This document shows, one piece after another, positions 1 to 9,055 of a stretch of 46,642 nt of DNA. The DNA comes from Sphingomonas sp. GTDB lineage: Bacteria > Pseudomonadota > Alphaproteobacteria > Sphingomonadales > Sphingomonadaceae. Positions within the stretch are counted from its first letter, which is position 1; each line of letters starts with the position of its first letter. A program made the position numbers and the translations under genes. The stretch is taken from positions 1 to 46,642 of the forward strand of contig DATMIP010000158.1 of the NCBI GenBank assembly GCA_035554515.1, written 5' to 3'. Below the pieces are notes generated by a model that saw nothing but the letters and a program-made list of their open reading frames with translations, was not told the origin of the DNA and searched no databases.

Positions 1-195
1 GACGGCAGCGAAACCTTTTCGATCGACGATGTCGCGGGGCTGCGCCCGCGGCAGATGGTGAAGGTGAGACTGAAGCGTGCCGACGGGAGCGAGGAAGCGT
101 TCGAAGCCCGGTGCCGGATCGATACCGTGAACGAGCTCGACTATTTCCTGAACGGCGGAATTCTCCCGTATGTTCTGCGCAAGCTCGCGGCGTAG
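1..195 (+). CDS. acnA: Aconitate hydratase A, 3' end only (partial at window edge)
   Basis: Frame 1 translates to ...FEARCRIDTVNELDYFLNGGILPYVLRKLAA*, the characteristic AcnA C-terminus (RIDT..E..Y..GGIL.YVLR); TAG at 193-195. Confidence 0.92.
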   Translation, partial: DGSETFSIDDVAGLRPRQMVKVRLKRADGSEEAFEARCRIDTVNELDYFLNGGILPYVLRKLAA

Positions 196-236
196 GATCT
201 GCGCCAGCGGGCCGACTTGCCGTAAGAAATGAATTA

Positions 237-265
237 AGCCCGGGCCGCGCGAGGCGGCCCGGGCT
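237..265. terminator. GC-rich hairpin between convergent acnA and the PEP-CTERM gene; likely terminator
   Basis: AGCCCGGGCCGC-gcgag-GCGGCCCGGGCT, a perfect 12-bp stem. Upstream AAATGAATTA gives a partly U-rich tail on the minus strand. Confidence 0.65.
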
Positions 266-287
266 CCCCCATCAAAGCGAGCATTCT

Positions 288-1046
288 TCAGGCGAAGAGC
301 GCATCTCCCTGCTTGCGACGGCGGAGTGCGGCACCCAGCGCACCGAAGCCGGCTACCATCATCGCCCAGCTTGCGGGCTCGGGCACGGGAGCGCTGGTAA
401 GATAACCCTGCATCTGGTTGCCATGGCCGGGATCCAGCACGCCGAGCGCATAGCCCGCCGTCGAGGTGGCGGGAGCTGCGCTGAGCCATGCATTGGCGAG
501 GCCTACGGCGTCGGGGCCGCTCCAGAGCGATACGTTGAAATTACCGCTCGACACGTCCCAATTGTTGCCCGTCTCGTTCAGGATTTCCCAGATACCCAGC
601 TGTGCCGCGGCCGATGTGAGCTGGTTCGTGATGCCCTGACCCTGCGCGTAGACCATGAATTTGAGCATGTCGTGGAGCTGGGATGCGCTGTACGTGACTT
701 GCGCGACGCCCCCCGGTGCGGTGATGTAGGATAGCGGCTGATCGACGAAGACGCCGGATGCGAGCCAATGTATCGCGTCGATGCAGAAGACGGGCATGTC
801 GCTGAGCGTGCCGACGGGCGTGTCCGACCGCTGGCCTCGCAGAAGAATCCTGCCGATAGCGGCCGATTCGGTAACGCCCTGGCTCACGATGTTGACGGTG
901 CCGTTGATGCTGCCGACAGATCCGTCGATCCACGCCGACCCGCCGGGGACGGTCGTATCGATCGAAAAGCTGGTCGCTGAAGCAGTCGTGGCGCAGAGCA
1001 GCGCGCCAGCGGCGATGAATACCGAACGAACAAAAGCATTACGCAT
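288..1046 (-). CDS. PEPxxWA-CTERM sorting-domain surface protein (252 aa) with thioester-domain-like motifs
   Basis: ATG at 1046 after AAGGA RBS; signal peptide MRNAFVRSVFIAAGALLCATTASA; C-terminal VPEPASWAMMVAGFGALGAALRRRK; internal FCID, AQLGIW and MQGYL motifs. Confidence 0.9.
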   Translation of the reverse strand: MRNAFVRSVFIAAGALLCATTASATSFSIDTTVPGGSAWIDGSVGSINGTVNIVSQGVTESAAIGRILLRGQRSDTPVGTLSDMPVFCIDAIHWLASGVFVDQPLSYITAPGGVAQVTYSASQLHDMLKFMVYAQGQGITNQLTSAAAQLGIWEILNETGNNWDVSSGNFNVSLWSGPDAVGLANAWLSAAPATSTAGYALGVLDPGHGNQMQGYLTSAPVPEPASWAMMVAGFGALGAALRRRKQGDALFA

Positions 1047-1240
1047 GTTACAGTCCTTACTAGGCGACAATACGGGTGTCGCTCCGGTCAACATTATTGC
1101 TTTTGGTCTGTTGACCGTCAGGACCTCAGGCCGCGAACGACTGTAGGAAACCAAACGTCTCTGCCTTGATCGTGAACTATCGTGCAGAAGCGGTAATAGC
1201 AATGGTGATAGATAGTTAACGCTACTGATGAATCAATTTG

Positions 1241-1990
1241 TTACATTGAGATCGGACGGGCAAGAGCGTCGGCAAGCCATTGGGGAATGATTAACGATAG
1301 TTCCGACACCGTGGCGCCGTCCGGAAGAATCCGATCGACGGGCAGACGGACTACGGCCAAGCCAAGATCCGGGTAATAGACAGAGGCGGCCGGCCCGGGA
1401 TCGCTTGCGATACGTTGGACCACAAGCCGGCGATTGACTTTCTGACGCCAGTTCATCCGCGCGGTATTTTCCTGGCCGACATAACAACCTTTGGAAAAAC
1501 TGACGCCGTTCAGCTCGGCGGCATTGGCTTCGAGCCACAAGGTCTTCTCGGCGCCCAATTCCGCGATACCCTCCACGACACCAAGCTCGAGCCGGTGCCT
1601 GTGCCAGCCGGCGGCGGGCGCATCCGGCGGGCCGATCCAGCGGCGCCCCAATGCGGCGAGCCGGGGATCGGGTACTCCACGATCGCCCGTTGCGGACCAA
1701 TGGACGGCAAGATCATCGTCGATCCCGATGCGGATCGGGCGCCGCAAGCGGTATAGTGCGAGGCGTCGGATGAGGGCATCGGCCTGGCCGCGCTCGCAAT
1801 CGATCAGCAAATCCTGCCCGTCCTCCCATATCAGGAAATCGAACAAGGCCTTGCCCTGCGCGCTGAGCAGGCCGGCCCAGACCGGCAGCGGCCCCATGAC
1901 GTCATTGGTCACCAGCCCCTGAAGAAAGCCGCGCAAGTCCTCTCCAGACAGTCGGACGAGAGCGCGGTCGGCGAGGGTGGTAGCGGTCAT
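1241..1990 (-). CDS. ygfZ: Folate-binding Fe-S cluster/tRNA-modification protein YgfZ (GcvT-like)
   Basis: Signature FSKGCYVGQE; N-terminal G.D...FLQGLVTND. Confidence 0.9.
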   Translation of the reverse strand: MTATTLADRALVRLSGEDLRGFLQGLVTNDVMGPLPVWAGLLSAQGKALFDFLIWEDGQDLLIDCERGQADALIRRLALYRLRRPIRIGIDDDLAVHWSATGDRGVPDPRLAALGRRWIGPPDAPAAGWHRHRLELGVVEGIAELGAEKTLWLEANAAELNGVSFSKGCYVGQENTARMNWRQKVNRRLVVQRIASDPGPAASVYYPDLGLAVVRLPVDRILPDGATVSELSLIIPQWLADALARPISM

Positions 1991-2036
1991 GCGAGCGAGG
2001 TAGGGATGCGGCGCCCAGATGCCAACGGAGTCGCTT

Positions 2037-3380
2037 GTGACAAGCTATGACCTTCTTTTGAAGAACGGGACGGTCTGGACGCCGGGCGGCCCGATCGAGG
2101 CCTCGGTTGGCATCCGCGACGGTCGCATCGCGGCGATTGGCGAAGCTGGCGATGCCGGCGAAACGATTGACTGTACCGGCCTCACCATTCTGCCGGGGGT
2201 AGTCGACAGCCAGGTCCACTTCCGCGAGCCCGGGCTCGAAGCGAAAGAGGATCTGGAAAGCGGCAGCCGCGCCGCCGTGCTTGGCGGTGTGGTGGCGGTA
2301 TTTGAGATGCCGAACACCAAACCCAATACCGATACGGAGGCCGCGCTCGCCGACAAGCTTGCTCGCGCCGAGGACCGCATGTGGTGCGACCACGCATTCT
2401 ATGTTGGCGCGACCAGCGCCAATGCGGACATGCTGGGTGAACTCGAACGCCTGCCGGGCGCTGCGGGAATCAAGATTTTCATGGGATCGTCGACCGGCGA
2501 CCTGCTCGTGTCCGAGGATGGGGAACTGGCGCGCGTGCTGGCGTCGGGCCGTCGCCGCGTCGCGGTTCACGCGGAAGACGAGCCGCGCATGATCGCCCGG
2601 ATGAACGAGCGCGTGGCGGGCGACCCGTCATCGCATCCGGTGTGGCGCGATGACGAGAGCGCGATATTGGCGACGCGGCGCATATTGCGGTTGGCACGCG
2701 CGGCGCGGCGCCCGGTGCATGTCCTTCACGTTACCACGCCGGCCGAGCTCGAGTTGATTGCCGCGAACAAGGATATCGCGACCTGCGAGGTGACGCCGCA
2801 GCATCTCACGCTGGCCGGCGAGGAAGCCTATCCGCGGCTTGGCACCTATGCCCAGATGAACCCGCCGATCCGCTCGGCAGCTCATCGCGAGGGGCTGTGG
2901 GCGTGGCTCAACCAGGGCGTACCCGACGTGCTCGGCTCGGATCATGCGCCACACACGAAAGAGGAGAAGGCGAAGACCTATCCCGACTCGCCGAGCGGCA
3001 TGCCCGGGGTACAGACCTTGCTGCCGCTGATGCTCAACCATGTCGCGCACGGCCGGCTGAGCCTGCAGCGGCTGGTGGAACTGACGTCGGCCGGCCCGCA
3101 GCGCGTTTTCGGAATGACCGCCAAGGGGCGGATCGCTGCCGGATATGATGCCGATTTCACGCTGGTCGACCTCAAGGCGAAATGGACGATCGAGGAAAAT
3201 TGGCTCGCCTCGCGCTGCGGCTGGTCGCCGTTCACCGGGATGGAGATTACCGGCAGACCGGTCGGAACGATCGTCCGCGGTCGCGTCGTGATGCGTGACG
3301 GCGGCCTCGCGGCGAAGGCAATCGGCAGGCCGATAAGGTTCGACTCGGCGGCCTGGGAGGAACACCACGGCGATCGGTGA
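2037..3380 (+). CDS. pyrC: Dihydroorotase (amidohydrolase superfamily)
   Basis: PGVVDSQVHFREPG, EMPNT, CEVTPQHL, MNPPIR, SDHAPH motifs. GTG start at 2037 after GGAG (alternative ATG at 2019). Confidence 0.85.
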   Translation: MTSYDLLLKNGTVWTPGGPIEASVGIRDGRIAAIGEAGDAGETIDCTGLTILPGVVDSQVHFREPGLEAKEDLESGSRAAVLGGVVAVFEMPNTKPNTDTEAALADKLARAEDRMWCDHAFYVGATSANADMLGELERLPGAAGIKIFMGSSTGDLLVSEDGELARVLASGRRRVAVHAEDEPRMIARMNERVAGDPSSHPVWRDDESAILATRRILRLARAARRPVHVLHVTTPAELELIAANKDIATCEVTPQHLTLAGEEAYPRLGTYAQMNPPIRSAAHREGLWAWLNQGVPDVLGSDHAPHTKEEKAKTYPDSPSGMPGVQTLLPLMLNHVAHGRLSLQRLVELTSAGPQRVFGMTAKGRIAAGYDADFTLVDLKAKWTIEENWLASRCGWSPFTGMEITGRPVGTIVRGRVVMRDGGLAAKAIGRPIRFDSAAWEEHHGDR

Positions 3381-3437
3381 TGCGACACGTCATGTCGGCA
3401 TGATGACGGGCAAATCGAACGCCGCTATGGGGCGGGG

Positions 3438-3707
3438 ATGAGCGATACCACCCCCACTCCGCCCGACCGGCTATCGGTCGATCCCCGCAGCAGCCATTAT
3501 GATGCGGACGCGCTCGCGCGCGGCGTCGGAATCATGTTCAACGGGCAGGAACGCTTCAACGTCGAGGAATATTGCGTGAGCGAGGGCTGGGTCCGCGTGG
3601 CCATGGCCAAGACCCGCGACCGCAAAGGCAACCCGCTGACGATGAAGCTCAACGGCAATGTCGAACCCTTCTATCGCGACAGCGCTCCCGAATCGGAACA
3701 GGTCTGA
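3438..3707 (+). CDS. DUF3297-family small conserved protein
   Basis: PPDRLSVDPRS...GVGI.FNG.ER.NVEEYCVSEGWVRV...RKGNPLT.KL.G.VEP pattern, recognised from memory. Confidence 0.75.
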   Translation: MSDTTPTPPDRLSVDPRSSHYDADALARGVGIMFNGQERFNVEEYCVSEGWVRVAMAKTRDRKGNPLTMKLNGNVEPFYRDSAPESEQV

Positions 3708-3719
3708 ATCCTGATCGTT
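3695..3719 (+). promoter_or_regulatory. Candidate EcfG (general stress response ECF sigma) promoter
   Basis: GGAAC(3695-3699)-N16-CGTT(3716-3719), an exact match to the alphaproteobacterial EcfG consensus, about 47 nt before the small ORF at 3767. Confidence 0.6.
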
Positions 3720-3766
3720 GCGGTTCCGTAGCGTGCCCGTCCCGGAGCACGCGCGGGAGAGTGTCG

Positions 3767-3847
3767 ATGGGCAAGGGATTGATCCTGTGGCTGCTGGGTG
3801 TCCCGGGAATTGTCGTGATTGGATTGCTGCTGTTCCACGTAATTTAG
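3767..3847 (+). CDS. 26-aa single-transmembrane small protein
   Basis: MGKGLILWLLGVPGIVVIGLLLFHVI*; GGGAGA RBS at 3755-3760; resembles MGKG.LLWLLG.P small proteins of alphaproteobacteria. Confidence 0.7.
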   Translation: MGKGLILWLLGVPGIVVIGLLLFHVI

Positions 3848-3859
3848 GGGCATTTTGAC

Positions 3860-5176
3860 ATGGCCAAGGACGGCGAGACCGAGGCCGATCTGACCGGCGG
3901 CGAGCCACGGCGCCGGCCGCGCCACCAGCCGCTGGAAGTCGGCGGGCGCCGCTTGAGCCCCTCCACGCTCATGATGGGGCACGGGTTCGATCCGGCCTTG
4001 TCCGAAGGATCGCTCAAGCCGCCCGTTTTCCTGACTTCGACCTATGTTTTCGAAAGCGCCGCCGCAGGCAAACGTCATTTCGAAGGCGTTACGGGCAAGC
4101 GCCCCGGCGGGTCCGAAGGCCTGGTCTATTCGCGCTTCAACGGGCCGAATCAGGAGATATTGGAAGATCGGCTGGGCATCTGGGAAGAGGCGGAGGATGC
4201 ACTCACCTTTTCGTCGGGCATGGCTGCGATCGCGACCGTATTGCTCGCTTTGGTGCGGCCGGGAGACACGATCGTCCATTCGGCACCGCTTTATGCCGCG
4301 ACCGAGACCCTGATCGGCAAGATATTGGGTCGTTTCGGCGTGCACTGGCTCGATTTTCCCGCGGGCGCGACCCGGGAGGAGATCGACGCTGTGCTCATCA
4401 AGGCGAGTGCGAGCGGGAGGGTGCCGCTCATCTATCTCGAAAGCCCGGCCAACCCCACCAACGCGCTGGTCGATATAGCGGCGGTATCGGAATCGCGCGA
4501 TGCCCTGTTCAAGAGCGAACAACCGCTGATCGTGATCGACAATACTTTCCTGGGGCCCTTGTGGCAGCAGCCCCTGAAGCATGGCGCCGACATCGTCATT
4601 TACAGCCTCACCAAATATGCCGGTGGCCACAGCGATCTGGTCGCCGGCGGGGCGGTCGGCTCGAAGGCGGCGATCAACCCGATTCGGCTAATGCGCAACA
4701 CGATCGGTACGATCCTCGATCCGCATCCGGCCTGGATGCTGTTGCGCAGCCTCGAAACGCTCGAGCTGCGCATGAGCCGCGCGGGCGAGAATGCGGCGAA
4801 GGTCTGCGCATGGCTACGTGGCCATGCCAAGGTCGAGCATGTCGGCTATCTTGGATTCCTGGAGGAAGGATCGCGCCAGGCCGACATCTACAATCGCCAT
4901 TGTTCAGGCGCGGGATCGACCTTTTCGCTTTACCTGAAGGGCGGCGAACCGGAAGCGTTCCGGTTTCTCGATGCGCTTACGATCGCAAAGCTCGCCGTCA
5001 GCCTCGGCGGTACCGAGACGCTGGCGAGTCATCCGGCCGGAATGACGCATCTATCGGTGCCTCAGGCGCGCAAGGATGCGCTCGGGATCGGCGACAATCT
5101 CGTCCGCATCTCGATCGGGGTCGAGAATGCGGACGATCTCATTGCCGATTTCGAACAGGCCCTGGCTGCGATTTAG
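3860..5176 (+). CDS. Cystathionine gamma-synthase/methionine gamma-lyase family PLP enzyme
   Basis: YSRFNGPN, FSSGMAAI, ESPANPT, DNTF, SLTKYAGGHSD (PLP lysine), AVSLGGTETL, RISIGVE. Confidence 0.9.
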   Translation: MAKDGETEADLTGGEPRRRPRHQPLEVGGRRLSPSTLMMGHGFDPALSEGSLKPPVFLTSTYVFESAAAGKRHFEGVTGKRPGGSEGLVYSRFNGPNQEILEDRLGIWEEAEDALTFSSGMAAIATVLLALVRPGDTIVHSAPLYAATETLIGKILGRFGVHWLDFPAGATREEIDAVLIKASASGRVPLIYLESPANPTNALVDIAAVSESRDALFKSEQPLIVIDNTFLGPLWQQPLKHGADIVIYSLTKYAGGHSDLVAGGAVGSKAAINPIRLMRNTIGTILDPHPAWMLLRSLETLELRMSRAGENAAKVCAWLRGHAKVEHVGYLGFLEEGSRQADIYNRHCSGAGSTFSLYLKGGEPEAFRFLDALTIAKLAVSLGGTETLASHPAGMTHLSVPQARKDALGIGDNLVRISIGVENADDLIADFEQALAAI

Positions 5177-6716
5177 GGGCTTTCGACAAAAGTCTGAGCC
5201 CGATGATGTTGATCGGGCCGTCATCCCACGATCGGACGACATATCGCCCGCGATGCAGCTCCTGCAGGAAGGCATCGCCCGGATCGTAGGTTGGCGCGCC
5301 GAGGCGCAGCAGCCAGATGGTGGGCACGGCGCGGGTGGCGGGCTCCTCCGCGATCGCGCGTAGTTCGGCGCGCGGCAGGGAGACGACGCCGCGGCTTCCT
5401 GTGGGATAGCGGCCGCCCATCACGTCGAAGGTTGGGACAGCGGTAGGGATCGCGCGGATCGGATACGCCAGCCCCTTGTCGCGCAACGCGTAATGGAGCG
5501 GCAGCGCTCCTTCGTTCGGATAAGCGAAAATCTGATCCCCTGGCTGAAATTTCGGCGCCAGCCAGGCTAATGCGGGATACCAATTCTGGGTCGGACCGCT
5601 GAGACGCGCCTGCAGATCGGCAGTAAACAACGCCGCGCCGATCATCGACGCGCCTCCCAGCCCGAGGATGCGGCCCTTGCCGTCCCACGCCGCCGCGCCG
5701 ATCGCGAGCAGCAGGATGGCCGGCACAACGACCGGCGTCATCGTCCGCGTGATGAACACCGGCGTGATGGTAAGCGAGATCGCCACCGATAATATCACCG
5801 GCAGCAAGGCAAGCGTCAGCAATATCACCGCGAGCCTGATGCCGATACGCGTACGTTTCAGCGCCGCCAACGCCAGTCCGGCCAGCAGCACTCCCCCTAA
5901 TCCGGCCAAGTCCGGCGCGGCGTAAAGCGTGGCGATATGATCGACGAATCCTCTGTCGAGCGAAAAACGAAGCCAAGTCGATGCTACCCAGGTTGGCGCC
6001 TGATCGTGGAGGATGATAAGGCCGGGAAGATAGCACAAGGCCAGCAGCGCGTGTCCGCCGATCAGCCATGGCCAGGCGCCGGGGGTAGGGAAGGGCCGCG
6101 ACATCGCGACGGCAAAGGCGATGACGAGCGACAGTCCAAAAAGGGGGCCGAGGCTGTGCAGCCAGAGCATCGCCTCTACGAGCAACAGGTAAGTGGCGTA
6201 CTCTCCAAGCGCCAGCGGGCGTCCCTCATCGCGTTGCCGTCCGAGCCGCAGCATTACCAGGATTGCTGCGGCAAAAACGAAGACCATGATCGGGTAAGGC
6301 CGGACCTGGCGGCTCATCTCCACCAGCGCCATCGAAAGGGAGGCCAGACCGAATGAGACGAGGCATAGCCGCGAACGCCGGGCGTCGCGCCACCCAAGCC
6401 AGGCCGCTACCTCGCTCGCCGCTAGCGCCGCTACGGGTGGCGTGGCAAAGCCGGCGAGCAATCCCGGCAGGCGGAGCGCAAACAGGCCGTTTCCGAAGAG
6501 GCCAACCCACAGGTGCAGCAACGAATAATAGAAAGGCGGGTGCGTTTCATAGCGCGGCACGACATGCCAAAGGAACGTGAAATCATGGTCGGCGGCATAT
6601 GCGCTATAGGCCTCGTCGAGCCATAAGGGCTCGCTGCCGATTGCCCACGCGCGTACCGCCACACCGGCCAGCCCAAGCAGCGCTGCCGCCGCCCAATATC
6701 TTTTCTGATCGCGCAT
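5139..6716 (-). CDS. GT-C fold integral-membrane glycosyltransferase (GT39/ArnT/PMT_2-like)
   Basis: ATG at 6716; LWLDEAYS after the first TM segment, ETHPPFYY, R.P..LAG and RPYP motifs; many TM segments and a soluble C-terminal domain. Confidence 0.8.
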   Translation of the reverse strand: MRDQKRYWAAAALLGLAGVAVRAWAIGSEPLWLDEAYSAYAADHDFTFLWHVVPRYETHPPFYYSLLHLWVGLFGNGLFALRLPGLLAGFATPPVAALAASEVAAWLGWRDARRSRLCLVSFGLASLSMALVEMSRQVRPYPIMVFVFAAAILVMLRLGRQRDEGRPLALGEYATYLLLVEAMLWLHSLGPLFGLSLVIAFAVAMSRPFPTPGAWPWLIGGHALLALCYLPGLIILHDQAPTWVASTWLRFSLDRGFVDHIATLYAAPDLAGLGGVLLAGLALAALKRTRIGIRLAVILLTLALLPVILSVAISLTITPVFITRTMTPVVVPAILLLAIGAAAWDGKGRILGLGGASMIGAALFTADLQARLSGPTQNWYPALAWLAPKFQPGDQIFAYPNEGALPLHYALRDKGLAYPIRAIPTAVPTFDVMGGRYPTGSRGVVSLPRAELRAIAEEPATRAVPTIWLLRLGAPTYDPGDAFLQELHRGRYVVRSWDDGPINIIGLRLLSKAPKSQPGPVRNRQ

Positions 6717-6782
6717 CGTCCGCAGGATTAGACAAGATACAGGCACTTGTCGTGTCGGCTGACCACGCCATAAGGGCGACAC

Positions 6783-8393
6783 ATGTTTCGCTCGGGGCTC
6801 CCACAAGTCGACACGCCTGCCGGCTGGTGGAACAGCAGGTGGTTTCTCTGCGCGCTGGTGCTGCTGGCGACGGTGCCGCTGCTGGTTCCGGCGGTCCCCC
6901 CGCTGACCGATCTGCCCGAACATATGGGGCGTTACCGCATTCAGCTGTCGGATCCGTCATCGCCGCTGCGTGCACAATATTTCGATTTCCATTGGGCATT
7001 CATCGCAAATCTTGGCGTCGATCTGCTGGTCGTGCCGCTTGAGCCCCTGTTTGGGCTCGAACTTGCGGTCAAGCTGATCGTGATCGCCATCGTCGTGCTG
7101 ACGGTGACCGGCATTTTATGGATCGCACGCGAGGCGCATGGGCGTGTCCCGCCCACCGTCCTGTTCGCCTTGCCGCTGGCCTATAATTTCCCGTTGCTGT
7201 GGGGCTTCCTCAATTTCCTGTTGTCGATGGCGCTCGCGCTCAACGCTTATGCCTTGTGGCTGCGTCTGGGGCGGCAACAGCGTTGGCGGCTGCGGCATGC
7301 CTTGTTCGTGCCGATCGGACTGATCCTGACGGTTGCGCATATATTTGGTTGGGCGGTCTTGTGCCTGCTTGCCTATGGCGCGGAAGTTATCCGCGCGCGC
7401 GATGCCGGGCATAAATTGCTCCCGAGCCTGTGGGAGGGCGGCCTTTCCTGTCTGTCGCTGGCGCCGCCTTTACTGCTGCTGGTCGCCTGGCGGAGCGGCG
7501 ATGCCAACGGCCAGAATGTCGACTGGTTCTTCTGGCGAGCCAAATATGTCTACATGATCTCGATCCTGCGCAACAGCTCGATGCAGCTCGATCTGGCGAA
7601 TGTCTATGTGCTGTGGGCGCTCGTTGCATTTGGCTTGGGCGGCGTATGGGTGCGGATGAACCGTACGCTCGGCGTCGCGGCGCTGATGCTGATCTTCGCC
7701 TATATATTGCTCCCACGGATCCTGCTGGGTTCGGCCTATGCCGACATGCGGCTGGCGCCTTACGTGATGCTGGTGGCCGTGACCGCGATCGCGCTCAAAA
7801 GTCAGTCCCGGCGGCAGGCCGCAATCGTCGCTGCTGTTGCAACCGCGATTTTCGTGGGGCGGATCGCAATCCTCACGACCAGCTTCGCCGAACATGACCG
7901 CGCCAATATGCGGCAATTGGCCGCGCTCGATCATGTCCGACCCGGCAGCCGGGTGTTCGTCGAGGTATTTCTACCATGTCTCGGCCGCTGGGAAACGAGC
8001 CGGATGGACCATCTCGGCGCCATGGCTATCGTGCGCCGCGGGGCTTTCGCCAACGGCCAGTGGACCGATCCCGGCGCGCAATTGGTGCGCATCAAATATG
8101 CGCCCGCCAAGGGATTTGCCGAAGATCCAACCGAGATTTTACGTCCGAACTGGTGCCGTGATCGACGGTCAAAAACTTATCCGGAGGGGTTGAACGCGTT
8201 GCCCCGGCACGCTTTCGATTATGTCTGGCTGATCGATATGCCGCGCAACCGCTGGAACAGCTTTCCCGGCCTCGAGCCGATCTGGAACGGCGGCAAAAGC
8301 GGTATACTCTACCGCGTGCTGCCGCCCTCCACGGGCTCGGCGACCAGCGCCAGCGAGACGCCGGCGGGAAACAGCCCGCGCACGGCGGCATGA
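6783..8393 (+). CDS. Polytopic membrane protein, probable GT-C glycosyltransferase
   Basis: About 11-12 hydrophobic segments; PPLTDLPEH acidic motif in the first periplasmic loop; WGFLNF; soluble C-terminal domain ending FDYVW; lies in a Gtr-type cluster. Confidence 0.6.
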   Translation: MFRSGLPQVDTPAGWWNSRWFLCALVLLATVPLLVPAVPPLTDLPEHMGRYRIQLSDPSSPLRAQYFDFHWAFIANLGVDLLVVPLEPLFGLELAVKLIVIAIVVLTVTGILWIAREAHGRVPPTVLFALPLAYNFPLLWGFLNFLLSMALALNAYALWLRLGRQQRWRLRHALFVPIGLILTVAHIFGWAVLCLLAYGAEVIRARDAGHKLLPSLWEGGLSCLSLAPPLLLLVAWRSGDANGQNVDWFFWRAKYVYMISILRNSSMQLDLANVYVLWALVAFGLGGVWVRMNRTLGVAALMLIFAYILLPRILLGSAYADMRLAPYVMLVAVTAIALKSQSRRQAAIVAAVATAIFVGRIAILTTSFAEHDRANMRQLAALDHVRPGSRVFVEVFLPCLGRWETSRMDHLGAMAIVRRGAFANGQWTDPGAQLVRIKYAPAKGFAEDPTEILRPNWCRDRRSKTYPEGLNALPRHAFDYVWLIDMPRNRWNSFPGLEPIWNGGKSGILYRVLPPSTGSATSASETPAGNSPRTAA

Positions 8394-9055
8394 CGCTCCC
8401 AACCGAACAGAGCCGCGAGCAAGCGGTTTACCGGCGGGGAGGGAATCCGGTCCTCGTCACCGCCAGTGCGACCGAGCAGGCGATTCAATAGTCGCACGCC
8501 GACGATCGCGGGTAATAACAGCGTGTTGAAGGCGCCGCGATGAAGCTTCCTGAAGCCCGCCGCGCGCACCACATGCTCGAGCGTGCGCACCGTATAGCGT
8601 CGCTGATGGTGGTGGGCGACATCGTGCCCGCTCCATAGAGAGGGCATGGCCGGCACAGCCAGCAGCAACCGACCGCCCGGCGCCAATTTGGGTTTGAGCG
8701 CTACGAGCGCGCCCAAATCGTCCGGGATATGTTCCAGGACGTCGAGCAGCACGATCAGGTCGTAATATCCGTCCTCCAGCTGCACGTCGGGAAGGTAACC
8801 GCCCTTTATCGCCAGTCCCGTGCGGTTGGCGGCAAACGCCCGCGCGTGATCATCGGGCTCTACGGCATCGACCATACCAAATTGCTGGAGCATCGCTATG
8901 TTCGATCCGGTGCCGCACCCGACCTCAAGAATCCTGAGCGGCTCAGGCTTGGGCCGGAAGCGCTGGATGAGCGCCGACAGAATGCGACGGCGACCGACGA
9001 ACCACCAATGATCGCGATCGATTTCGGCCATCCGATCGTAAACATGACGTTCCAT
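8309..9055 (-). CDS. Class I SAM-dependent methyltransferase (GT2-associated type)
   Basis: ILEVGCGTG motif I, LDVLEHIPDD, HWWF..RR and W..HD...HH.RRY; start overlaps the GT2 stop (TGATG). Confidence 0.9.
   Translation of the reverse strand: MERHVYDRMAEIDRDHWWFVGRRRILSALIQRFRPKPEPLRILEVGCGTGSNIAMLQQFGMVDAVEPDDHARAFAANRTGLAIKGGYLPDVQLEDGYYDLIVLLDVLEHIPDDLGALVALKPKLAPGGRLLLAVPAMPSLWSGHDVAHHHQRRYTVRTLEHVVRAAGFRKLHRGAFNTLLLPAIVGVRLLNRLLGRTGGDEDRIPSPPVNRLLAALFGWERHAAVRGLFPAGVSLALVAEPVEGGSTR

Noticed and set aside
1047-1240. Sigma-54 promoter or PrsR enhancer expected for PEP-CTERM genes
   Set aside because: AT-rich region, but I found no convincing TGGCAC-N5-TTGC or TGT-N11-ACA match.
3708-3859. 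SAM riboswitch ahead of the Cys/Met PLP enzyme
   Set aside because: The space is occupied by the small ORF and no SAM-II/SAM-alpha consensus is recognisable.
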